32,000 nt of DNA from Deinococcus radiodurans R1 = ATCC 13939 = DSM 20539 (lineage in GTDB: Bacteria > Deinococcota > Deinococci > Deinococcales > Deinococcaceae). Made by a program: the position numbers and the translations under genes. This document shows positions 17,583-26,965 of this stretch, piece by piece (positions within the stretch are counted from its first letter, which is position 1; each line of letters begins with the position of its first letter). The stretch is from the NCBI RefSeq assembly GCF_000008565.1, contig NC_001263.1, positions 917,066 to 949,065 on the forward strand. The letters are read 5' to 3'. The notes under the pieces were generated by a model. The model worked only from the letters and a program-made list of their open reading frames with translations. It was not told the DNA's origin and did no database searches.

Positions 17583-17846
17583 ATGAGCGACAACGGAAAC
17601 AAGCCAGTCAAGACCGAAGACGAAATCAGCAACGTCGACTTGCAGTTCATGGGCACCCACGACGAGAAGAGCGAACTGGACGCCGCCGTCAAGGCCGAAA
17701 GCAAGTCCGCTGCGATGGCCGACAAGGACGGCGTGGACAAGGTCGACGTGATGAGCGCCCAGAGCATGGACGCCTCCGACCCGCCCAGCACCAACATGGG
17801 CGACGCCGACCGCGACGACAGCGACGACAAGAGCAGCGTGGGCTGA
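17583..17846 (+). CDS. Small (87 aa) highly acidic, low-complexity hypothetical protein
   Basis: Third codon positions are almost all G/C, as in neighbouring genes. TGcTAGCGT lies 6 nt upstream of the ATG. A strong hairpin plus T5 terminator follows directly. There is no Cys/Trp/Tyr and many Asp/Glu/Ser/Lys. I recognise no homology. Confidence 0.6.
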   Translation: MSDNGNKPVKTEDEISNVDLQFMGTHDEKSELDAAVKAESKSAAMADKDGVDKVDVMSAQSMDASDPPSTNMGDADRDDSDDKSSVG

Positions 17847-17864
17847 GGCCACACGGCTTTCCAG

Positions 17865-17896
17865 GGCAGACCGGCAATAAGCTGGTCTGCCTTTTT
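17865..17896 (+). terminator. Rho-independent terminator of the small acidic ORF
   Basis: GGCAGACCGG (17865-17874) pairs with CTGGTCTGCC (17882-17891). The loop is CAATAAG, followed by TTTTT at 17892-17896. Confidence 0.7.
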
Positions 17897-18006
17897 CGGT
17901 GCCCCGCAGTGTTCACTCGGGGCGGTATTGCCCGCTCAGCTCCGTATGAGACCCTCTCCCGCGAGACCGTTGACCCTGGGAGGAGGCAGAGCTGTGATAC
18001 GGCTTC

Positions 18007-18307
18007 AAATTGAGTCCCGGACATGTCGGGGCGCAATTTTGCGCGGAGCGCATAGAAACAATGGTTCGTGCAGTTTTGTGGTCGTTACAGAGGGCGATCA
18101 AGATCTTGCTGTCTAGGACGCCATTTGCGCTCCCCCATCCCAACCTCCCCCGCAAGGAGGGAGGGACAAAAAACGCCGTGTTTATCGCAGCTTGGTTAGC
18201 TGAATTCCAAAACTGCACGGACTATTGATAGAAAAAATACGGTTTTAAGGAGATGGACGGGCATCCGGCGCCTTTCCGGATGTTCGGGAATCGGATTAAA
18301 ACCGTAT
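18007..18307 (+). repeat. SNR-type repeat copy 2, split by a nested insertion
   Basis: The left part 18007-18063 aligns to 17362-17418, and the right part 18231-18307 aligns to 17411-17487. About 165 bp of unrelated sequence lies between them. Confidence 0.85.
18063..18227. mobile_element. MITE-like non-autonomous insertion nested in the SNR copy
   Basis: It is flanked by a near-perfect 11-bp direct duplication, ATAGAAACAAT (18052-18062) / ATAGAAAAAAT (18228-18238), of a site that is single-copy in the intact repeat (TGGAAAAAAT at 17409-17418). There are 12-bp terminal inverted repeats: CGTGCAGTTTTG (18067-18078) / CAAAACTGCACG (18208-18219). No ORF is present. Confidence 0.55.
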
Positions 18308-18367
18308 GAGGCACGGAGGGGCGGCCCCGTCCAGTCAAGCCCGAACGTCACCTCCCCCCCGAACCCC

Positions 18368-19546
18368 TCAGCGCCGCGCCTGCCTCAGCGCCTGCTCGAT
18401 GTCCGCCCAGAGGTCTTCGGGGTCCTCAATCCCCACCGACAACCGCACCAGCCCCGGCACGATGCCGTGCGCGTTCAGCACTTCCTCGCCGAGCAGTTGG
18501 TGGGTGGTGCTCGCCGGGTGGCTGCTCAGGCTCTCCACGTCGCCGAGGCTGACCGCCTGCGTAAAGAGCTGTAGCGCGTCCAGAAACTGCTGCGCGGCCG
18601 CAAAATCCCCGAGATCCAGGCTGACGATGCCGCCGAAGCGCCCCGACATTTGCCGCCGGGCGAGGTCGTGGCCGGGGTGCTCAGGCAAGCCGGGGTAGTA
18701 CACCTTCAGGTCGCCCCGCGCCGCCAATCGCTCGGCGATAAGGTGCGCCCCCGCGCAGTGGGCCTCCATCCGCAGCGGCAACGTCTTCATGCCGCGCAGC
18801 AACAGGTACGCCTCGAACGGCCCGAGGCTGGCCCCGACATGCCGCAGCCCGTGCAACCGCAGGTCGAGCAGGGTGGCGGCGTCCCCGGCGACTACGCCCC
18901 CAATCACGTCGCCGTGCCCACCGAGGTACTTGGTGGCCGAGTGCATCACGAGGTCGGCCCCGAACTCAGCAGGCCGCGTCAGGTACGGGGTGCTGAAGGT
19001 GTTGTCCACCACCAGCCGCGCCCCGGCGCCGTGGGCGAGGTCGGCCACTTCGCGCAGGTCGGTCAGGCGCAGGGTGGGGTTGCTCGGCGTTTCCAGCCAC
19101 ACCAGCCGCGTCCGGTCGGTCAGCCGCCCGCGCAGGTCCGCCGGGTCTTTGGCCTCCCACACCCGGATGCCGAACTTGGGCAGCATGTCTTGCAGCAGCC
19201 CCTCGGTGCCGCCGTACAGCGGGGCGAGAAAAGCCACCTCATCGCCGCTCCGCAGCAGCGTCAACAAAATGGCGCTCGCTGCTCCCATGCCGCTGGCAAA
19301 GGCGAGGGCGTCCTCTGTTCCTTCCAGGCTGGCGAGCTTTTCCTCGAAGGCCCGCACGGTGGGGTTGCTCAGGCGCGAATAGAAGTGGCCCTGTTCCTCT
19401 CCGGCAAAGAGCCGCTGCCCGCGCGCCGCGTCGCCATACCCGAAGGTGGACGTGGCATAGATCGGCATGGCGTGCGCCCCGGTCGCCGGGTCGAGACCAT
19501 GCCCGGCGTGAACGGCCCGCGTGCGGAAACGTGCTGAGTTGTCCAT
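18368..19546 (-). CDS. Cys/Met-metabolism PLP-dependent enzyme (methionine gamma-lyase / cystathionine gamma-synthase family)
   Basis: 392 aa. N-terminus is ...RTRAVHAGHGLDPATGAHAMPIYATSTF. The PLP-lysine motif HSATKYLGGHGD is present. The C-terminus is ...LVRLSVGIEDPEDLWADIEQAL. Confidence 0.9.
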   Translation of the reverse strand: MDNSARFRTRAVHAGHGLDPATGAHAMPIYATSTFGYGDAARGQRLFAGEEQGHFYSRLSNPTVRAFEEKLASLEGTEDALAFASGMGAASAILLTLLRSGDEVAFLAPLYGGTEGLLQDMLPKFGIRVWEAKDPADLRGRLTDRTRLVWLETPSNPTLRLTDLREVADLAHGAGARLVVDNTFSTPYLTRPAEFGADLVMHSATKYLGGHGDVIGGVVAGDAATLLDLRLHGLRHVGASLGPFEAYLLLRGMKTLPLRMEAHCAGAHLIAERLAARGDLKVYYPGLPEHPGHDLARRQMSGRFGGIVSLDLGDFAAAQQFLDALQLFTQAVSLGDVESLSSHPASTTHQLLGEEVLNAHGIVPGLVRLSVGIEDPEDLWADIEQALRQARR

Positions 19547-19684
19547 ACGTCTCTAGAATAAGCGACAAAACAAACGATTGTTAGGCGCGTCCGGGAATGA
19601 ATGCCGGGATGAACGGCCAGCGAGAGGACCGAAGAAAAAAGCCGCCCGGCAGGACGACCTTTTTCTATCTTGTTTCTATCTTGC

Positions 19685-19770
19685 TGGTGCGAGAGAAGGG
19701 ACTTGAACCCTCACATCCTACGGATACTAGATCCTAAGTCTAGTGCGTCTACCAATTCCGCCACCCTCGC
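19685..19770 (-). tRNA. tRNA-Leu (anticodon UAG), CCA encoded
   Basis: The reverse complement reads GCGAGGG TG GCGGAATTGGTAGACGC A CTAGA CTTAGGA TCTAG, then a long variable arm, then GAGGG TTCAAGT CCCTT CTCTCGC A CCA. The acceptor stem is 7 bp, the anticodon loop is CT-TAG-GA, and the fold is class II. Confidence 0.9.
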
Positions 19771-19786
19771 ATGGGTGCCTGAACGG

Positions 19787-19814
19787 AAAAACCCCGCCGT
19801 GTTAAGAGGCGGGG
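19787..19814 (-). terminator. Hairpin plus U-tract between tRNA-His and tRNA-Leu (minus strand)
   Basis: The minus strand reads CCCCGCC tcttaacac GGCGGGG TTTTT. On the plus strand the stem arms are at 19792-19798 and 19808-19814, and the A-run is at 19787-19791. Confidence 0.5.
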
Positions 19815-19819
19815 CGAGG

Positions 19820-19897
<78 letters not shown>

Positions 19898-19917
19898 ATG
19901 CCCGTTCAGGCTCAAGC

Positions 19918-19946
19918 AGTGTAGGGGAGAGGACCGAATGTGTCAA
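19918..19946 (-). promoter_or_regulatory. Near-consensus sigma-A promoter for the tRNA-His(-Leu) transcript
   Basis: On the minus strand: TTGACA (19946-19941), 17-nt spacer, TACACT (19923-19918). The mature tRNA 5' end is 20 nt downstream of the -10 box. Confidence 0.55.
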
Positions 19947-20072
19947 CGGCCCAGGTTGGGCTCAGCGGCTCGCGTTCAGCCGAGCGGCAAATTTTATACC
20001 GAGTCAAGACAACCCCCAGTGCTCAGTCAAGTGCCGGTGCGGGCCGAGTGCGCGGCGTACCCTGGCGGCACA

Positions 20073-21218
<1,146 letters not shown>

Positions 21219-21254
21219 GGATGAGGGAGGACGGGCAGCCGGGAGACGGGCCGC

Positions 21255-21539
21255 TCAGTCCTCCTGGACCTGCACTCCTTTCCAGAAGGCGACCCGCCCG
21301 CGAATCTGCCGGGCGGCGTCTTTCGGTTCGGGGTAAAACCACGCGGCGTCAGGGTTGCGCTCGCCTCCGACCTCCAGGGTGGAGTAGCTCGCCGTGCCCT
21401 TCCAGGGGCAGACGGTGTGGGTGTCACTGGGGCGCAGAAACTCCTGGCGCACGCTTTCCAATGGAAAATAGTGGTTGCCTTCCACGACCACGGTGTCACT
21501 GCTGCGGGCGATGATCTGACCGTTCCAGGTGGCTTTCAT
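21255..21539 (-). CDS. DUF427 domain protein
   Basis: 94 aa. The sequence ...WNGQIIARSSDTVVVEGNHYFP...CPWKGTASYSTLEV...AAWFYPEPKDAA...RVAFWKGV matches the DUF427 pattern. Confidence 0.85.
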   Translation of the reverse strand: MKATWNGQIIARSSDTVVVEGNHYFPLESVRQEFLRPSDTHTVCPWKGTASYSTLEVGGERNPDAAWFYPEPKDAARQIRGRVAFWKGVQVQED

Positions 21540-21568
21540 GCCTTCAGAGTAGTGCGAAATACGGCTCC

Positions 21569-21597
21569 CTGAACTGCGGCTGACATTTCCCTGACAT
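21569..21597 (+). promoter_or_regulatory. Pho-box-like array: three 7-bp direct repeats with 11-bp phasing upstream of the pit operon
   Basis: CTGAACT (21569-21575) gcgg CTGACAT (21580-21586) ttcc CTGACAT (21591-21597). For comparison, the E. coli Pho box has CTGTCAT repeats on an 11-bp period. Confidence 0.4.
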
Positions 21598-21623
21598 AGT
21601 AGGTGAGAATCAGGAGGATTGTC

Positions 21624-22262
<639 letters not shown>

Positions 22263-22286
22263 GGGACAGAGGAGACCAGAGCCAGC

Positions 22287-23288
<1,002 letters not shown>

Positions 23289-23309
23289 GCGCCTAGCAAG
23301 CAGAAAGAG

Positions 23310-23343
23310 AGGCCCCGGCATGTGCGCTGGGGCCTTTGCTTTG
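23310..23343 (+). terminator. Rho-independent terminator of the pit operon
   Basis: AGGCCCC (23310-23316) pairs with GGGGCCT (23329-23335). T-rich TTGCTTTGG follows. Confidence 0.5.
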
Positions 23344-23368
23344 GATGATACAAGGGCGTTTTGCGTTT

Positions 23369-23433
23369 TTGACCCTCTCCACCTGTGGGAGAGGGCCTTG
23401 CGAAGCAAGGGGTGAGGGGGAACCCAGACCAGT
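23369..23433 (+). repeat. 65-bp double-hairpin intergenic repeat, copy A
   Basis: The sequence is TTGACCCTCTCC-n6-GGGAGAGGGCCTTGCGAAGCAAGGGGTGAGGGGG-n5-AGACCAGT. It aligns base for base with 26524-26588. The hairpins are CCCTCTCC/GGAGAGGG and CCTTGC/GCAAGG. Confidence 0.8.
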
Positions 23434-23469
23434 TCTGAGGCAACCTCATTCCATATTCCATCAAATGCT

Positions 23470-24729
23470 CTAGTTCCTGAAAATCACTTCCTCCCGCCCG
23501 AAAGACCGCCACGCCAGCCAGCCGAGCAGCGCGGTGCCAAGCAGGTTGGCGACGACAGCGGCGAGCGTGTGCAGGGGCGTGATCTGGCCCTTCACCACGT
23601 CCAGAATGGCGACCATGCTGCCGAAAAGGGGAACGGCGTAGAGCCAGTCGCCCACCTTGAGAAAGTCGGAAAACTGGAGCATGACCGCCGGCAGGACGAT
23701 CAGCAGCGAGAGCGGCGAGACGTAGGTCTGCGCTTCCTTGTACGAGCGGGCGTAGATGCTCAGGGCGATCAGGACCGCCGAGATCAGCAGCGCCACGCTC
23801 AGCACGATGACCACCATCGCCGCCAATGAGCCGAGGGTCAGCGTGAGTTGCCCGCCCATCACCTGAAGGGCCTCGGGGTCCACCACAGCGCGTTTGGAGA
23901 GGACCGCCGTCACCAGCCCGGTGCCGAGGAACCCCAGCAGGCTGAAGAATCCGGTGGCGAGCGCCATCAGCGTGGTCGCCAGCAGCTTGCCCGCCACCAC
24001 CTCGCCCCGGCGCACCGGGGAGATGAGCAGGCTCTCTAAGGTGCCGCGCTCCTTTTCGCCCGCCGTGGAGTCCAGCGCCGTCGCCATGCCGCCGTTGAGC
24101 AGGAAACTCAGCATCAGCATCGGCACCACGAAGGCGAGCATCCCCGCGCTGCGCTCCTGCGGGGGGCTGGCGTCCACGGGTTTGACCTGCACCGGGGTCA
24201 GCACTGTTTCGCTCAGGCCCAGTGCGGTCAGGCGCTGCCGGGTGAGCGAGCGGTTGTAGGTGTCCACCGCGTCCTTGACCTTGGCGTAGGCCCCGGTCTG
24301 GCTCTTGAGGTTGCCGAGCTTGGCGTAGAGCTCCAGCGTGCCCTGCGTGTTGCCGGCCTGCGTCGGCAGGGGGCTGGGCGCCCGGAGGACGGCCTCCGCC
24401 TCGCCGCTGCGGACCGCCTGCACCGGGTCTTTCACCGTAATGAGTTCCACGCCCGTGCCGCCGCTTCCATTGCGGGTCAGCGTGCGGCGCAGTTCTGCGG
24501 GCAGCGTGCCGATGACGCCGACCTTCTGAGCTTCCTTCGCCTGTCCGCCCATCAGGTTGCCCAGCAGCAGCGGCATCCCCAGCGTAAGCAGCGGCAGCAC
24601 CAGCAGCGGCAGCAAAATGGTGCTCAGCAGCGTGCGGCGGTCGCGCAGGGTAGAGAGCAGGTCGCGCCAGGCCACGTTCCAGACCATGCGGGGGCGTAGG
24701 CCGTTGCTGCTGCGGTGGTCAGACTGCAC
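23470..24729 (-). CDS. ABC-2 type exporter permease (NatB-like)
   Basis: 419 aa. An N-terminal TM segment is followed by a large extracytoplasmic loop and a C-terminal cluster of TM helices. The GTG start is preceded by GGGAGG. It overlaps the stop of the upstream ATPase gene. Confidence 0.85.
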   Translation of the reverse strand: MQSDHRSSNGLRPRMVWNVAWRDLLSTLRDRRTLLSTILLPLLVLPLLTLGMPLLLGNLMGGQAKEAQKVGVIGTLPAELRRTLTRNGSGGTGVELITVKDPVQAVRSGEAEAVLRAPSPLPTQAGNTQGTLELYAKLGNLKSQTGAYAKVKDAVDTYNRSLTRQRLTALGLSETVLTPVQVKPVDASPPQERSAGMLAFVVPMLMLSFLLNGGMATALDSTAGEKERGTLESLLISPVRRGEVVAGKLLATTLMALATGFFSLLGFLGTGLVTAVLSKRAVVDPEALQVMGGQLTLTLGSLAAMVVIVLSVALLISAVLIALSIYARSYKEAQTYVSPLSLLIVLPAVMLQFSDFLKVGDWLYAVPLFGSMVAILDVVKGQITPLHTLAAVVANLLGTALLGWLAWRSFGREEVIFRN

Positions 24730-25453
24730 GGGGCTCGCCTCCCTTCAGCAGCGTGAAGAAGGCCCGTTCCAGGTTGCGCTCGCCGGTCCGCTCCAGAATC
24801 GCGGGAATGGTGTCGAGCGCGACGAGTTCGCCCTGGTGGAGAATTGCCACCCGGTCGCAGACTTCCTCGGCCTCGCTCATCACGTGGGTGGAATACAGCG
24901 TGAGCCGCCCCGGAGCGCGGGTCTGCGCCACGAAGTCGAGCAGCGTGCGCCGGGCGAAGATGTCGAGTCCACTCGCCGCTTCATCCAGCACCAGCACGGC
25001 GGGGTCCTGAATCACGGCGCGGGCGATGATGACTTTTTGCTTCATGCCGGTGGAATACTCGCCGGCCCGCGTGTCCAGCGTGCGCCCGAGTTCCAGCCGG
25101 TCGTCGAGTTCGGCAATGCGGGCCTCGGTCTGCGCGCGGCCCATGTCGTAGAGCGCGGCGAACGAGCGCAGCACCTCGCGCCCGGTCAGGCGGGCAGGCA
25201 GGCCCATGCCGCCGTTGACCACGCCGATTTGCCGGCGCACCGCTTCGGCGTCCCGCTGGGTGTCGAGCCCGGCCACCGTCACGCTGCCGGACGTGGGGGA
25301 GAGCAGCGTCGCCAGAATACGCAGCAGCGTGGTTTTGCCCGCGCCGTTGGGACCGAGCAGCCCGAACACTTCGCCGTCGCGGGCCGAGAACGTCACGTCC
25401 CGTAGCGCCTGAAAGGAGCCGTAGGACTTGGAAAGGTGCTGAATGTCGAGCAT
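24719..25453 (-). CDS. ABC transporter ATP-binding protein (NatA-like)
   Basis: Walker A is GPNGAGKTT, the signature-like motif is YSTGMKQK, and Walker B is [12 protein letters not shown]. Confidence 0.93.
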   Translation of the reverse strand: MLDIQHLSKSYGSFQALRDVTFSARDGEVFGLLGPNGAGKTTLLRILATLLSPTSGSVTVAGLDTQRDAEAVRRQIGVVNGGMGLPARLTGREVLRSFAALYDMGRAQTEARIAELDDRLELGRTLDTRAGEYSTGMKQKVIIARAVIQDPAVLVLDEAASGLDIFARRTLLDFVAQTRAPGRLTLYSTHVMSEAEEVCDRVAILHQGELVALDTIPAILERTGERNLERAFFTLLKGGEPRAV

Positions 25454-25461
25454 AGGACGAC

Positions 25462-25491
25462 CTTATAGAGTATTTGACAAAAAGGTGTCAC
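25462..25491 (-). promoter_or_regulatory. Candidate promoter of natAB giving a leaderless or near-leaderless mRNA
   Basis: On the minus strand: GTGACA (25491-25486), 18-nt spacer, TATAAG (25467-25462), then 8 nt, then the ATG at 25453. Confidence 0.4.
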
Positions 25492-25502
25492 AACTTTTTG
25501 TC
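25476..25502. promoter_or_regulatory. Perfect 9-bp inverted repeat (candidate operator) overlapping the natAB -35 box and spacer
   Basis: GACAAAAAG (25476-25484), gtgtcacaa, CTTTTTGTC (25494-25502). The element is AT-rich in a GC-rich genome and lies in the divergent natA/EndoIII intergenic region. Confidence 0.45.
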
Positions 25503-25667
25503 GAGCGGACTGGGACAGCTCGCAGAGAGCGAGTACAAAACACTGAGCAGGATGGAGAATGGAGCGGGTGGCGGTGCTGTTCCGACGCACGCGCAATTCG
25601 GAGAACTGCTCAAGAGATTGAGCATGAGGCGGGGGTTTGGGGCGAACACTCCCTGTTACGCTGCCCT

Positions 25668-26459
25668 GTGCCCTCACGTTCCCCCCAGGCGTCCTCTAAA
25701 TCCCGTCCTCTGAGCGAACAGAACCCGCCGCCCGTGTGGTTCGGCGAGTATCTGTCGCGCCTGCGGGACACCTACGCGCCCGAGCTGCCGCCTCCGCGCC
25801 AGTTTCCCGACCCGCTCGGGGGGCTGATCCGGACCATCCTCTCGCAGCAAAACACCCGCCGGGTCGCGCAGCGGCAATGGGAGGTGCTGACCGCCACCTA
25901 CCCGCAGTGGGAAGCGGCGCTGCTTGACGGTCCTGACGGTATCGAGGCCACGCTCAAGTCGGCGGGCGGCGGCCTCTCGCGCATGAAGGCCGACTACATC
26001 TACGGCATCCTCGCCCACCTGCAAGAGCACCACGGCGGCCTGAGCCTGCGCTTCCTGCGCGAGTTTCCCCACACCCCAGAGGGCCACGAGCAGGCGCGGC
26101 AGGCCCTCGCCGCCTTGCCGGGGGTCGGCCACAAAACCGTCGCGCTGGTGCTGCTGTTTGACCTGCGCCGCCCCGCCATGCCGGTGGATGGCAACATGGA
26201 ACGGGCGGCCAAACGGCTCGAACTCGTGCCCGCCGCTTGGAACAGCCACAAGGTCGAGCGCTGGTACGCCGAGGTCATGCCCGCCGACTGGGAGACCCGT
26301 TTTGCCCTCCACATCTCCGGCGTGCGGCACGGGCGCGACACCTGCCGCAGCAAGCACCCGCTGTGTCCTCAATGCCCCCTGCGCGAGTTCTGCCCGAGTG
26401 CATCGATTTTTGAGCTGGGCGAGGCGGGGGAGCGGGAGCCGTCCGAGTTGGAGTGGTAA
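25668..26459 (+). CDS. Endonuclease III-like HhH-GPD DNA glycosylase with 4Fe-4S cluster (EndoIII-3-type paralogue); start uncertain
   Basis: The HhH motif is LPGVGHKTVALV, a catalytic Asp is present in PVDGNMER, and the cluster is C-x6-C-x2-C-x5-C (CRSKHPLCPQCPLREFC). The longest ORF starts at 25443, but its first ~75 codons have non-coding-like codon usage and overlap the natA start. In-frame GTGs at 25668 and 25734 are more plausible starts. Confidence 0.8.
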   Translation: MPSRSPQASSKSRPLSEQNPPPVWFGEYLSRLRDTYAPELPPPRQFPDPLGGLIRTILSQQNTRRVAQRQWEVLTATYPQWEAALLDGPDGIEATLKSAGGGLSRMKADYIYGILAHLQEHHGGLSLRFLREFPHTPEGHEQARQALAALPGVGHKTVALVLLFDLRRPAMPVDGNMERAAKRLELVPAAWNSHKVERWYAEVMPADWETRFALHISGVRHGRDTCRSKHPLCPQCPLREFCPSASIFELGEAGEREPSELEW

Positions 26460-26523
26460 GGGTTGAGACTTGGTATGTCCCTTCTGGGGATGGAGGTCAG
26501 TGCGAGAAAGATTACCCTCGCTA

Positions 26524-26588
26524 TTGACCCTCTCCCCTTGCGGGAGAGGGCCTTGCGAAGCAAGGGGTGAGGGGGCGTACAGACCAGT
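26524..26588 (+). repeat. 65-bp double-hairpin intergenic repeat, copy B
   Basis: It has the same unit and orientation as 23369-23433. The 34-bp core GGGAGAGGGCCTTGCGAAGCAAGGGGTGAGGGGG is identical. Confidence 0.8.
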
Positions 26589-26627
26589 GCAGCCAGCCCT
26601 TCAATCCACACAACTCCTCCTCACCCC

Positions 26628-26891
26628 TCAATAAATATGAAACTCCCGCAGCCCCGTTTCCTCGCTGTACTGCGTATCCACCGCCTGCACGCGGGCGTGG
26701 GGCGGGCCGCGCCGCAACCAGTGCAGCAGCCGGTTCAGGGCGTCCTCGTCGCCCTCGGCAATGACTTCGACCTTGCCGTCGCTGAGGTTCTCGGCGTAGC
26801 CATGAAGGCCCAGGTCGCGGGCGTACCGCTGAACGAAGAGCCGGTACCCGACCCCCTGAACGTGTCCGGAAACGAGTGCAGTCAGGCGCAT
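26628..26891 (-). CDS. acyP: Acylphosphatase
   Basis: 87 aa. The sequence has the [11 protein letters not shown] signature and the [13 protein letters not shown] motif. Confidence 0.92.
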   Translation of the reverse strand: MRLTALVSGHVQGVGYRLFVQRYARDLGLHGYAENLSDGKVEVIAEGDEDALNRLLHWLRRGPPHARVQAVDTQYSEETGLREFHIY

Positions 26892-26965
26892 GGGGGTCAG
26901 CTTAGCGGGCGGGCCGGAGCGCTAGCATGGCGGGGTCCACAAAGCAGGAGACAGGAGGCACACAG

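Noticed and set aside
19631-19684. A rho-independent terminator downstream of tRNA-Leu (GCCGGGCGGC followed by T6 on the minus strand).
   Set aside because: The stem is only 3-4 bp with a minimal loop. This is too weak to call as a feature, although the T6 tract is suggestive.
25474-25713. A 79-aa ORF in the natA/EndoIII intergenic region.
   Set aside because: Its codon usage is non-host-like. It overlaps the operator palindrome and the alternative-frame EndoIII leader. It has no Shine-Dalgarno sequence or promoter geometry.
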